A stretch of DNA of 64,000 nucleotides from Treponemataceae bacterium (GTDB lineage Bacteria > Spirochaetota > Spirochaetia > Treponematales > Rectinemataceae): positions 1,792,001-1,856,000 of the forward strand of contig CAXXVZ010000003.1 in the NCBI GenBank assembly GCA_963678065.2, given 5' to 3'. The notes beneath the pieces are model-generated. The model was not told the DNA's origin. It saw only the letters and a program-made list of their open reading frames with translations, and searched no databases. The first letter of the stretch is position 1. Every line of letters begins with the position of its first letter. Below are positions 1 through 10,044 of this stretch, in pieces. A program made the position numbers and the translations under genes.

Positions 1-463
1 CCAGTGCCCTCGCTTCTCCCGGCCCGGGATGCAGGCGGCACACGACATCGGCCAGAGAATCGTAGGGCCCGCCTGTTTTCCGTGCGGCGAGGATCCGCGC
101 GACGAGGGTGGACGAGAGATCCCGCACGGCGCCGAGCCCGAGCATCAGTCCCGGCGCCTGCCCCAGCCCCGACTCAGCCGCGCCGTGAAGCACATCGCTC
201 AGATTGACATGGGGCGGGACCGGAACAATGCCGAGTCTTCTTGCCTCACCGAGCCAGGCCTGGGCGCCGCAGATACCGCCGCCGCCGTTGAGTGTCGCGG
301 CGATGAGCCGGGTGGGATCGGCGATCCCTGCGGGAAGGGGTAGATCAGGGAAACACATCCCGGAGCCGGACGCGCTGCGGGACGATTCAAGACCGCAGCC
401 TTTTCCGTCCTGAACGGTGGCATCACCCTTGCCCGAAAACACCAGCATTTTATCATATTCCAT
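1..463 (-). CDS. Partial ORF: DNA polymerase III alpha (DnaE/DnaE2)-like C-terminal helix-hairpin-helix region; runs off the window edge
   Basis: Manual translation from ATG 463 (alternative ATG 448): ...RLIAATLNGGGGICGAQAWLGEARRLGIVPVPPHVNLS...LMLGLGAVRDLSSTLVARILAARKTGGPYDSLADVVCRL..., resembling the DnaE2 'EARRxGIxVLPPDVNxS...LGL..V.GL...RI..AR..GPF.SL.D' segment. In-frame TAG at 470-472 closes the ORF upstream. Not in the supplied ORF track. Confidence 0.7.
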   Translation of the reverse strand, partial: MEYDKMLVFSGKGDATVQDGKGCGLESSRSASGSGMCFPDLPLPAGIADPTRLIAATLNGGGGICGAQAWLGEARRLGIVPVPPHVNLSDVLHGAAESGLGQAPGLMLGLGAVRDLSSTLVARILAARKTGGPYDSLADVVCRLHPGPGEARAL

Positions 464-743
464 ACTATACTAATGTATAGTATATTTCTCCTTTCTGCCA
501 TGTTTCGAGATGTGATCAATTGTTGTTCACACGGCATTGGCCATCTGTGATGGGGCTATGAGATTTCAGGCAGTAGCGGTTGAGGTGTGGCAACAGACAG
601 AGGGGGCTTCCTCAGGGGTACTCTATTTGCACCACTCGACATAGCTTTTTTCGTCACCCCGGCATAGCCGGTGGATTACGTTTTTGTTCAGTACAATGAG
701 AGGGAAGTGGGGCAATATGCCCGCCCCACCTCCCTAATTGGTC

Positions 744-3335
744 TTATTTTGCCGCTGCATAGAAAATCGAGTTGAATAACAACTTGAATGTCCCGTGAGT
801 TTGACCGCGATGCTGCACACGCATACCAATTAGTATTGCACGACCATTGCCATAGCAATACTCAACAAGGTTTGCCTTGCCCTGGATATACTCAGGCCCC
901 ATCAGCCAGCCGGACATCAGGGGATTTCTGTCTGCAGGGTAAGTCGCAAGCACCTTCGCATTAGAGCCCGTAACGTCAAAAGTCGGGCTCTGTACGAAAT
1001 ATGCCCCAAACTTCTCATCCATACCGAAGGTCACAGGGCTCGTTTTGTCTACTATTTTAGCATCAAGAACTGAACCGGGGCAGTAGAATTTACTGCTGTC
1101 TACTCCTGACAGCACATTTTTAACTGGCGCATCCAATATGGTTGTCGCGAAGTCAAAGATGCTGTCGCACAGGATTATCGTGCCGCCGGCATTAACGAAC
1201 TCCTTGAGGTTAGCAAGGCCTTCATCTCCTACACCACCTGTATACTCATCTGGGTATGTACCGGCAGCCAGGCCCTTCTTGAGACTATCCGTCGAAGTAT
1301 CGGGTAAAACAATCGCATCATATTTATCTATTAATTTGCCCTCTTTGATGTCAGCATCGCGCATAAAAGTATAAGGGATTTCGAACTTATCGAATACCAT
1401 CCTCGTCCAGCCTGCGTCTGCATTGCCGCCCCAATTCTCATATATACCTACCCTCGGATTTGAAAGCGTTGTCATCCTGGAGGTCGGAGTATAAGGCATT
1501 GGATAGAAGGTAGTGGAGTATTTGGAGGCAATATCTGCAAGCTTTGCTGTCAAACCATCCTGTGAAAGAACAATTGTTGTTCCTGCAGGAAACTCTATGC
1601 CTCCAATTACTTCGGGATCCATGAGCCATTTTAGCTTAAATCCAGCGGCAAGCAGTTTGCTGCGCACTGTAGCGCTGTTGTTTGCCTCAGGTCTGAATGC
1701 ATAACCATAACCTGCAGATCCTTTAACGATTGCCCCAGGTACTGGCTTGAAAACTTTTACGAGCTCAAGATTTGCATCAAACGGCTTATCGACTTTTATG
1801 CATTCGACGCCCATCTCCATCGGAAGAGTCCAGCCTGCTACATCATATGGAGCCTCAGCAGGGCCCCCAGTATACTGTAACCTGTTGGGATAGACTTGTT
1901 TATCAAGCAAGGCCATTACGTTGGGCCTGTATTGTTGTGCTGCCAGGATAACATACGTTCCTTCCGGGTATGGCTTACCGTCCGCCACGAAGGGCGCAGT
2001 CGCTCTATGGATCTCTGTACCTTGGAAGTTTAAGATCTCCAGCATCCAATTGAGAGTGGCAGGGTCAGATGGGTCGGCAGGCAGGATAAAAGCAGAGGGA
2101 GACTCAGTAAGCCCCTTGCGGATGGCATCCTGGCCCATTTTGACGAAATTACTGACGAAATCCTCTTTAAGCTTGGAAAGGGTTTTAGCATAAGAATATA
2201 TGACGGATTCGGGATATGCCACAACATCCTCAAATGTCCATAGACCACCTTTCCAAGGTTCAGTAAATGTCTGTGTGAATGTCTGGGCATTTTCAAGGCC
2301 TCTAGTTTTGCCAGTAAGCTTCTCAAATGGTATATCTAGTGACGTTGCGATTTTGGCACTCGCGGTTTCAGTAAGAAGACCTACCATATTATGGTAGTAA
2401 GGACCACTCCTCATGCCTCCGTGCCACCACGTATCATACACAGCATCTGTTACGACGCCTGTCATGCCCTTAGCTGAAAGATCTGTTGTCGCTACCCCTC
2501 CCAGAGTCGTTATTTCCCTAAATATTATCGGCGGTATTTCAGGGTTTGGAGGATCAAAGAAAGGAGGCACAAACAACCTTGCGCCATTAGAGCCCATCTG
2601 GTGTATATCATATACGACTTCAGGGAACCACTCTGTATAGAGGACCTCGCCTACGTTCCTGCTCTCCGACAAGTTAAACATAAACCAGTCGCGGTTATCA
2701 TCATGGCCTACATAGTAATGATATAGGTAAGGGGGATTGCTTCCTTCATACTTTGTACCCAGGGTCTGTTTATACCAGTTTACAGTCATCACATGACCAT
2801 CAGGATTCAACGAAGGGACAAACAGCAATATCACATTATCAAGAATTTTTTCTAGATCCTTATCCTCGGTGGAAGCGTAGGTGTAAATGGCATTTAATAC
2901 GGCATGAAGGCCACCTATTTCTGTTGAGTGTATTGAAGCACCTACCAACATGACTGCCTTTGCTTCCGACTTTAGCGCTCTAAGATCCTTTTCAGACAGC
3001 CCCCGAGGATCTGCAAGCTTACTCTGTACCTGTTTGTAATAATCAAGGTTTGCTATATTATCCTCAGAGCTTACGATTGCCATGATCTCGCGGTCGCCAA
3101 GAGTAGTGGAGCCAATATCCTCGTATACTACCCTCTTTGACTCCTTATCAAGCAACTGCAGATAGTTCTTGATATCCGGCCAGGTACACAAGTTCTTACT
3201 AGTGCCAGGCTTGAACCCAAAAAAAGCACTCGGAGATGTTAATTTTACATCCTCCGCGAATACCGCACTGCCGATAAAAGCCTCGGCAATGAGCAGCAAT
3301 CCTAAAAAGACTGCTGATAACCTCTTTCCTTTCAT
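744..3335 (-). CDS. Secreted M14-family zinc carboxypeptidase with C-terminal glutamine-amidotransferase-like domain
   Basis: 863 aa; signal peptide; HSTE zinc motif, NPDG, DDNRD, DIHQMG; RBS AGGAGG upstream; visibly lower GC than flanking genes. Confidence 0.85.
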   Translation of the reverse strand: MKGKRLSAVFLGLLLIAEAFIGSAVFAEDVKLTSPSAFFGFKPGTSKNLCTWPDIKNYLQLLDKESKRVVYEDIGSTTLGDREIMAIVSSEDNIANLDYYKQVQSKLADPRGLSEKDLRALKSEAKAVMLVGASIHSTEIGGLHAVLNAIYTYASTEDKDLEKILDNVILLFVPSLNPDGHVMTVNWYKQTLGTKYEGSNPPYLYHYYVGHDDNRDWFMFNLSESRNVGEVLYTEWFPEVVYDIHQMGSNGARLFVPPFFDPPNPEIPPIIFREITTLGGVATTDLSAKGMTGVVTDAVYDTWWHGGMRSGPYYHNMVGLLTETASAKIATSLDIPFEKLTGKTRGLENAQTFTQTFTEPWKGGLWTFEDVVAYPESVIYSYAKTLSKLKEDFVSNFVKMGQDAIRKGLTESPSAFILPADPSDPATLNWMLEILNFQGTEIHRATAPFVADGKPYPEGTYVILAAQQYRPNVMALLDKQVYPNRLQYTGGPAEAPYDVAGWTLPMEMGVECIKVDKPFDANLELVKVFKPVPGAIVKGSAGYGYAFRPEANNSATVRSKLLAAGFKLKWLMDPEVIGGIEFPAGTTIVLSQDGLTAKLADIASKYSTTFYPMPYTPTSRMTTLSNPRVGIYENWGGNADAGWTRMVFDKFEIPYTFMRDADIKEGKLIDKYDAIVLPDTSTDSLKKGLAAGTYPDEYTGGVGDEGLANLKEFVNAGGTIILCDSIFDFATTILDAPVKNVLSGVDSSKFYCPGSVLDAKIVDKTSPVTFGMDEKFGAYFVQSPTFDVTGSNAKVLATYPADRNPLMSGWLMGPEYIQGKANLVEYCYGNGRAILIGMRVQHRGQTHGTFKLLFNSIFYAAAK

Positions 3336-3353
3336 TAAGATACTCCTCCTATG

Positions 3354-3880
3354 TGAACCGCTCCGGGTTTGCCGGAGTGCCGCTTTATATAAGTCCGGCT
3401 CCTACGGCCAAGACTTTTTTGCTCAGTACAATATGTCTTCTCGAACTTCATTGGTGGAATACTACCCATCAGTTCGAGAAACCACCGATTATCGAACAAG
3501 CCGACGCATTCGAGCGTTGTGTATTCCACGGCATCTAGCCTCCGCCATGGTCCGCGACAATGAATGACCTCGGCATTGAAAAAGCCTATTGATCGCCTCC
3601 GTCAAGGCATTGTCGTAGGCATCACCTGATTATCGTAAACCGAAAGCATCGCCCACGCTCCCGAGTGCTCCCGCGATGCTGGCTTCGGTCAGGCGTTTGC
3701 TATAGCGGATCGACAGGTATTGGCTGCCGCGATCCGAGTAATGGATCAGGATTCCTTGACCCTGCGGGCCCAGAGGGCTTGTTCCAAGGCATCCAGCGTC
3801 AGCTCCGCGCTCATGGCTTTCGTAGCACGCCAGCAGCCGACGACTATCCGGGAGAATACGTCGGCGATGAAGACGAACTA
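3354..3880 (-). pseudogene. IS3-family (IS51/IS629-like) transposase remnant with terminal inverted repeat
   Basis: Frameshifted minus-strand segments FIADVFSRIVVG, LDALEQALWAR, LIHYSDRGSQYLSIRY, GDAYDNALTEAIN, AEVIHCRGPW...GSIPPMKFEKTY; IR TGAACCGCTCCGGGTTTGCCGGAG starts at 3354. Confidence 0.88.
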
Positions 3881-4510
3881 GGCTTATAATTTGGAATACT
3901 TAATAAAAATTATATACAAATTAAGATTATTAAAGCACATTTTTGCATCTGTCAATAGATATATTTTTATTTATGAAAAGGTCAAGCGGCTCGGGAGACT
4001 ATTTCGATCTCGTGAAGAGCACCTCGAAAACCAGCCTCAAAGCCAAATCTGGTCTTCATGCACCCCCATTTCAATGCATTGACGGGAATTCGATGTTCAG
4101 CGCGATTCCCGTCCTTCGAAACAATAATTTACGAGCGATTATCACCGGCTCGAGCTTTTTGCCAGCGACGGAGCTATGAAGTATTGCAGTTCTGTCCTGA
4201 CCCTTGTTTTAAACTGAGATTGTCCCCGATGAACAGATTGTCGCGCGGTATCCAATCCGCGAATATCAGACTATAAAATCGTCGCGTTTGATCTCCCTTT
4301 TCGTTCCACAGCGCAGTGCATGTTTTTAATATTAAAGAAGGAATATAAAGAAATATTGCTATTGACACGAGATCACATCATGTCAGAATTCAGGTTGAAG
4401 CAACACGGATTCCTGTTGCGTTTACATGGAACTGGCTCTACAATGGCAATTGTGGTGGGGAATGTATAAAAAAAGATCCCGACCTTGACCAACATCAGGA
4501 GGCTCGATTT

Positions 4511-5446
4511 ATGAACAAAAGGTTAATTGCCGTCGCGCTCTGTCTCATTGCGTTTACAGGCGCTTTCGCCCAGCAGCAGTTCATCACCCTCGCAACCGGC
4601 GGCACCGCCGGCACCTACTTCCCCCTCGGCGGAGCCATGGCCGAGATCTGGAACAAGAACATTTCCAAGATGAACGCCGCGGCCACATCCACGGGCGCTT
4701 CCGTCGCCAACGTCAATCTCCTCAAGGACGGCAAGGTCGACGTCATTTTCGTCCAGAACGACGTAGCCTTCTATGCCCTCAACGGCGTCGAACTCTTCAA
4801 GGACAAATATTCCGACATCCGCGGTCTCGCCTGCCTCTACAATGAGACTATCCAGATCGTCGCCCTGGCCGATTCCGGCATCAAGTCCGTGGCCGACCTC
4901 AAAGGCAAGAAGGTATCCGTGGGCGCCGCCGGTTCCGGTTCCGAAGCCAACGCACGCCAGATCCTCGAAGCCGCAGGAATCACCTACAAGGACATCAAGC
5001 CCCAGTATCTGTCCTTCGCCGAGTCCGCCAGCAACCTGAAAGACGGCAACATCGACGCCGCCTTCACCACTGGCGGAGTTCCCATCGCCGCCATCCAGGA
5101 TCTCGCGGTCAGCAAGAAGACGATCATGGTTCCCGTGGACAAAGCTCTTGCGGCCAAGCTCATGAAAGAGTGGTCCTTCTACACCACCGCCGTGGTTCCG
5201 GCCAACACCTACCAGGGAATCACCACTGACACCTCCACGGTCGCCGTAAAGTCCATGCTCGCCATCAGCGCCAAGGTCAAGGACGACCTCGTCTACCAGC
5301 TCCTGAAGACGATGTTCGACAACACGCCGCGCCTCATCGCCGCCCATGCTCAGGGCAAGAACATCACCGTCGCCTCCTCGACTGACGGAATGTCCATCCC
5401 CCTGCACGCCGGAGCCGAAAAGTTCTACAAGGAATACAAGAAGTAG
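4511..5446 (+). CDS. TAXI-family TRAP transporter solute-binding protein
   Basis: ATGGTAGTYFPLGG, STGASVANV and IPLHAGA motifs; signal peptide; RBS AGGAGG. Confidence 0.92.
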   Translation: MNKRLIAVALCLIAFTGAFAQQQFITLATGGTAGTYFPLGGAMAEIWNKNISKMNAAATSTGASVANVNLLKDGKVDVIFVQNDVAFYALNGVELFKDKYSDIRGLACLYNETIQIVALADSGIKSVADLKGKKVSVGAAGSGSEANARQILEAAGITYKDIKPQYLSFAESASNLKDGNIDAAFTTGGVPIAAIQDLAVSKKTIMVPVDKALAAKLMKEWSFYTTAVVPANTYQGITTDTSTVAVKSMLAISAKVKDDLVYQLLKTMFDNTPRLIAAHAQGKNITVASSTDGMSIPLHAGAEKFYKEYKK

Positions 5447-5473
5447 GCCTTGCCAGGCTTGTTTCCATTCGTC

Positions 5474-5998
5474 ATGAGTGAACAGCGGACGTCCGGGATG
5501 CCGACAGGCAAGCCCTCGGGCGTTCGCCTTTTTCTTGCCGCCTTCGCAATACTGCTGATAGTCCTCTCCGGCTGCGCGATTCCGTGGCCAGTCCGGGTTC
5601 CCGCACTGGAGATTTTTGATTCGCGGGGCGCGAAACTCGCGTGCATTCCCCTTTCTGACGGAAAGTTCGTCCACAGCTATATCCACTCGATCAACAAAAC
5701 GCGCGTGGATGAGTTTTTGAAAGTCGAAGGGAACAAGTTCGTCCTGTACGAGCTTCGGTACGACAGCTACGGGGTAGGCATGCCCTCGGGCGAGGAAGAG
5801 GGCTTCAGGCTGGAAAACGGCCGCTTTGTGCTTTCGATGCATAGGGAATTCGCGCGCATCGATGTCTGGATTTCGCCTGTGCCGGGACACGGAGTGGTCA
5901 TCGATGGGGAGCTGCATCCTTTCACCGAATGGGCTCCCCGCGAAGAACTTCTGACTCTCAGGCCAGGTTCGGGTTTTTATGTACTTTCCAGGAGGTAG
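5474..5998 (+). CDS. DUF1850-family protein of the TAXI operon
   Basis: YIHSINKT..DE and YDSYGVGMP motifs; sits between the TAXI SBP and permease; start uncertain (5474 or 5498). Confidence 0.75.
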   Translation: MSEQRTSGMPTGKPSGVRLFLAAFAILLIVLSGCAIPWPVRVPALEIFDSRGAKLACIPLSDGKFVHSYIHSINKTRVDEFLKVEGNKFVLYELRYDSYGVGMPSGEEEGFRLENGRFVLSMHREFARIDVWISPVPGHGVVIDGELHPFTEWAPREELLTLRPGSGFYVLSRR

Positions 5999-6006
5999 GT
6001 TCGCAT

Positions 6007-8004
6007 ATGAGCGAAACCACAGTTGCCAACGATGCTCCTGTAGATAGCCAGGAGATCCTTAAAAAATTCGACAAAGAGTCGGATTACCGGACTCTGACCG
6101 GATTCATAGCCAGAGTCATTTCGGCGATCGCGATCACCTTCTCGGTATTTCAGGTCTACACGGCAGTTTTTGGCGTCCTCGACGCCATGATCCAGCGCTC
6201 TGTCCATCTTTCATTCGGTCTCTGTCTCATCTTCCTCCTCTACCCGACCAGTAAAAAGTGGTCGCGCAAGAAGCTCCACCCCCTCGACGCGATTCTCGCC
6301 GTTCTCGGTGTCGCCACGCCGATGTACATCATCGTAGCGTATCAGGAACTCGTAACGCGAGCAGGGCAGACGACAACCCTGGACCTCGTGTTCGGCATCA
6401 TCGGAATCCTCCTCGTCCTGGAGGCAGCCAGGCGCGTTGTCGGCATCCCCATCGTCGTCATCGCCATCGTCTTCATAGCATACGCCTTCCTGGGGCCCTA
6501 TATTCCCGGAAAGCTCGCACACCGTGGCGCCGCCTATGACACCATCGTCGGCCACCTGTTCTACACGACGGAAGGCATCTTCGGCATACCGCTGGGAGTC
6601 TCCAGTACCTTCATATTCCTCTTCATACTATTCGGCGCCTACCTCGAGAGGACAGGCCTGGGTCAGCTCTTCATCGACCTCGCTAACTCCGTCGCCGGCT
6701 GGGCGGCGGGCGGACCGGCAAAAGTCGCCGTCCTCTCCTCGGCCCTGATGGGCACAGTATCGGGCTCCTCGGTCGCCAACGTCGTCGGGACAGGCAGCTT
6801 CACCATCCCCATGATGAAACGACTTGGATACCGCCCGGAATTTGCCGGCGCCGTCGAAGCTACAGCCTCAACCGGCGGGCAGCTCATGCCGCCCATCATG
6901 GGCGCTGCGGCCTTCCTCATGGCGGAGTTCACCGGCATACCCTACGCGCGAGTGATCGCGGCCGCGGCCATCCCCGCACTCCTGTATTATTTCGGCGTCT
7001 GGATGGGAGTCCATTTCGAAGCCAAGAAAGTCGGCCTCAAAGGCATGAAGCGCGAGGATCTTCCGAAATTCAAGAAACTCTTCATGGAACGCGGACACCT
7101 GATGATCCCACTCGTCGCGATCGTCTACCTCCTCGTATCCGGCTTTACCCCGATGAAGGCAGCCCTCTGGGCTATCATCCTCTCGGTAGGCTCCTCCTAC
7201 CTCAGGAAAGCCACGAGAATGAAGCCGATCGAACTCGTCCGCGGCCTCGAGGCGGGAGCGAGAGGCGCCCTCGGCGTCATCGCCGCAACAGCATGCGCCG
7301 GAATCATCATCGGCATCGTCACCCTCACCGGCCTCGGGCTCAAACTCGGCTCGGTCCTCGTCGCGGTGGCCAACGGCAACCTCTTCTTTACCCTCTTCTT
7401 CACAATGATCACGTCGCTGATCCTCGGCATGGGCGTCCCGACGACGGCTAACTACGTCATCACCTCGACGATCGCCGCCCCTGCCATCATCATGATACTG
7501 GCCCAGAAAGCGGGTCTCGATCCCAACCTTGTGGCCCCGGCAAACATCATCCTGCCGGCCCACATGTTCGCCTTCTATTTCGGAATAATTGCGGATGTAA
7601 CCCCACCCGTCGCGCTGGCAGCATTCGCCGGTGCGGGCATAGCCAAGGCCAACCCGATGCGCACGGGCTTCATCGCCTCAAAGCTGGCTATAGCTGCCTT
7701 CCTCGTGCCCTACATCTATGTCTTCAATCCGCAGATGCTGCTGTTCAATGTCGAGCCCATAGGTCTCATCTGGATGATCATCACGAGCCTCGCAGGCATC
7801 ACGGCGGTCGCGGCCTCTGTCGGTGGATGGTTCAAGACCAACATGAGCATCGTAGAACGCGTCCTCGCCTTCGCGGGCGGTCTCCTACTCATCGATCCGG
7901 GCCTCACGACCGATGTCATCGGCCTTGCCATCATCGCGGTTATCGTGTTCTGGCAATATCGCAAATTCAATCTCAAAAAGGGAATGAAGACGGTCAGGGC
8001 CTGA
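6007..8004 (+). CDS. TRAP transporter fused 4TM/12TM permease (TAXI type)
   Basis: GGPAKVAV, SGSSVANV, ASTGGQLMPPIMGAAAF, GMGVPTTANY, DVTPPVALAAF; RBS AGGAGGT. Confidence 0.93.
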   Translation: MSETTVANDAPVDSQEILKKFDKESDYRTLTGFIARVISAIAITFSVFQVYTAVFGVLDAMIQRSVHLSFGLCLIFLLYPTSKKWSRKKLHPLDAILAVLGVATPMYIIVAYQELVTRAGQTTTLDLVFGIIGILLVLEAARRVVGIPIVVIAIVFIAYAFLGPYIPGKLAHRGAAYDTIVGHLFYTTEGIFGIPLGVSSTFIFLFILFGAYLERTGLGQLFIDLANSVAGWAAGGPAKVAVLSSALMGTVSGSSVANVVGTGSFTIPMMKRLGYRPEFAGAVEATASTGGQLMPPIMGAAAFLMAEFTGIPYARVIAAAAIPALLYYFGVWMGVHFEAKKVGLKGMKREDLPKFKKLFMERGHLMIPLVAIVYLLVSGFTPMKAALWAIILSVGSSYLRKATRMKPIELVRGLEAGARGALGVIAATACAGIIIGIVTLTGLGLKLGSVLVAVANGNLFFTLFFTMITSLILGMGVPTTANYVITSTIAAPAIIMILAQKAGLDPNLVAPANIILPAHMFAFYFGIIADVTPPVALAAFAGAGIAKANPMRTGFIASKLAIAAFLVPYIYVFNPQMLLFNVEPIGLIWMIITSLAGITAVAASVGGWFKTNMSIVERVLAFAGGLLLIDPGLTTDVIGLAIIAVIVFWQYRKFNLKKGMKTVRA

Positions 8005-8031
8005 TCCGGCCTCCCTGAAGGAATCATGTCG

Positions 8032-8063
8032 AAAAGGGCTGCCTTGATCGGCAGCCCTTTTTT
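8032..8063 (+). terminator. Intrinsic terminator (possibly bidirectional)
   Basis: AAAAGGGCTGCC-TTGATC-GGCAGCCCTTTTTT. Confidence 0.8.
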
Positions 8064-8183
8064 ATTGCCCGTCGGACAATCGATTTTCCATACCCTTCCG
8101 CGTTGTCACAGAAATCGGCGCCGAATCAACGACTTCGCCGCAGAGCTTTCGGGTATGAAACCCGCCTGCGAATCCGGGCAATC

Positions 8184-8870
8184 TCAACCTTCCAGATCCG
8201 TTCCATGCTTCCCGCGTTCCCGTTCCCGCAAGCTCTGGATGAAGGATTGCATTGCGCTACCGGCCATGTCTTTGCACCCGAGCCCGAAAGCCAGCGCCAG
8301 TCCGAAAGCGATGGCGCCAAGCACCATCTGGAAGAGTGAACTGATGACTGTTTTGCCGAAACCCATCTGTTCGAAGGCTAGCGAGACGACAAGAATGTTC
8401 CCGAGATACTTGATCGCCTTGACGATGATGCCCGTGTTCGGTATCGCCGCGTTCCTCGCGATGGTCATCACGAAATTCGCGAAAAAGGTGACGACGACGA
8501 CACCCGTGATTACGATGAACAGTGCGGCCATCAGACTGGGAATGACCGATAGCATCTGCGCGGACAGGGCGTTCACGACAGCTATATCGAGCATTTTCGC
8601 GATCTGGAACAGGGAGACGACCACTATGAGCCAGAAAACAAGGACGCTGACCAATCGGGAAGGGGAATAGTCCACACTCCCCTTCCGCAGGAACTCCGTG
8701 ATTCCCATCTTTTCGCTCAGCCTGTCGAATCGCAGGATCTTGAGCAGACTGAGGGTAAGAAACCGCAGGAGCGCCGCACCGATCCAGCCCGCGGCGAGGG
8801 CGACCGGCGCCCGCAAAACGATGGGAAGATCCTTCCAGAATCCGGAGAGGGAGTCGATAATTCCATTCAT
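8184..8870 (-). CDS. CmpX-like/MscS TM-helix-repeat membrane protein
   Basis: 228 aa hydrophobic; FDRLSEKMGITEFLRKG and ALAFGLGCKD motifs; no MscS cytoplasmic domain. Confidence 0.75.
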   Translation of the reverse strand: MNGIIDSLSGFWKDLPIVLRAPVALAAGWIGAALLRFLTLSLLKILRFDRLSEKMGITEFLRKGSVDYSPSRLVSVLVFWLIVVVSLFQIAKMLDIAVVNALSAQMLSVIPSLMAALFIVITGVVVVTFFANFVMTIARNAAIPNTGIIVKAIKYLGNILVVSLAFEQMGFGKTVISSLFQMVLGAIAFGLALAFGLGCKDMAGSAMQSFIQSLRERERGKHGTDLEG

Positions 8871-8892
8871 GGTACTACCTCCACTAGAGAGT

Positions 8893-10044
8893 TCAGTCTG
8901 CTTCCGTTACGAGCACATGTATCTGCTTGACCGAGAGACCGGCCAATCCAAGACTTTCGACTGTCCGCCCGCATGCGCGGTAATCCGTCCCGTGCATGAG
9001 AGAACCTAGTTCGATAATCATGTCGATGACGGGAGTCCGCACCCCGAGCATTCCTCCGATGGATGAGATCGGCACGAGACTCATGGGAACATCCTCCGAT
9101 ATGTAGCGGTGGGCTATCGTCTGCGGCGCCTTGATGCCCCGATAACTCTTCGTGGCACGGATCGCCTGGCAGAGATCTTCGCCCGGGGAATCATAGCTGA
9201 GATAGAGCCATTCCCTGGCCGAAACAGAGCGCACACCGAGGGCACGGGCCACTGCCAGGCGCTCCTCGTCGATTTTTTCGAGCACCTTGGCCACCGAGGG
9301 GGTGATGCCCTGAAGGTAGTACTCGAAATTGCCGCCCGTTTCCTCGATCCAACCCGCGTTGAGGATGGTCAGGGCGGGGTGGAATACCGCGCCGATATTC
9401 TCCATGCTCGTCGAAAGGACATTGCCGCCCGCTGAAAATTGCGGGTAGGAATTCTCCAGCACGCCGAGAACGTCGGGCGTGCGGAACGAGGGGAGAGCCG
9501 CAACAGGCACAGCGTTCTTGATCCGGAAGATGTGTCCGGTATGGCGGGAAGTCCGTCGCGACGCGTAGATGAAGGTCTGTGCCTCGGCTATGACGGGCCG
9601 CGCCACACAGCCATTTTCCCGAAGAACCTGCCGCAGCTCCAAGGCACCTCCGGTCCGCCCCGGATTGAGGACGACGATCTGGCCGTCCCGAAGGTGCTTT
9701 GCCATGAGCACGGCGAGCGGCCTGTGGGCCGTCGAAGGCGTTACGACCATTATGACATCGGCCCCCGAAACCGCGGCTCCGATGTCGGAGGTTGCGAGAG
9801 CCACAGGCCCGAAGCCTTTCACCGCCCCATCGACTTCGATACCTCTGTGCCAGCGGATCCCGGCCAGATGCTCGTCCGTGCGGTTGTACAGGTTGACGCG
9901 GAATCCCATAAGCCCCAGGTGCCCCGCCATCGCGACGCCACCGTTGCCCGCGCCGATCACACAGTACACCGCGTCCTTCCCCTTGTCCCGCGTTTCGCGC
10001 AGGATCGATTTCAGCCTTGTGTCGACTACAGATTCCCTTTCCAT
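8893..10044 (-). CDS. NAD/NADP-dependent octopine/nopaline (opine) dehydrogenase family protein
   Basis: GAGNGG Rossmann motif, LNPGRTGGALE, NIGAVFHP, RYISEDVPMSLVP; ATG 10044 after GGAGG. Confidence 0.9.
   Translation of the reverse strand: MERESVVDTRLKSILRETRDKGKDAVYCVIGAGNGGVAMAGHLGLMGFRVNLYNRTDEHLAGIRWHRGIEVDGAVKGFGPVALATSDIGAAVSGADVIMVVTPSTAHRPLAVLMAKHLRDGQIVVLNPGRTGGALELRQVLRENGCVARPVIAEAQTFIYASRRTSRHTGHIFRIKNAVPVAALPSFRTPDVLGVLENSYPQFSAGGNVLSTSMENIGAVFHPALTILNAGWIEETGGNFEYYLQGITPSVAKVLEKIDEERLAVARALGVRSVSAREWLYLSYDSPGEDLCQAIRATKSYRGIKAPQTIAHRYISEDVPMSLVPISSIGGMLGVRTPVIDMIIELGSLMHGTDYRACGRTVESLGLAGLSVKQIHVLVTEAD

Noticed and set aside
3613..3653. TTATCGTAAAC inside a 27-nt insertion in the IS remnant, resembling a dif/Xer half-site
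   Set aside because: No matching second arm; the flanking GCATC(A/G)CC duplication is enough to explain it as decay
3885..4370. Short ORFs in the AT-rich region upstream of the TAXI operon
   Set aside because: No recognisable motifs or RBS; more likely non-coding junction and promoter sequence
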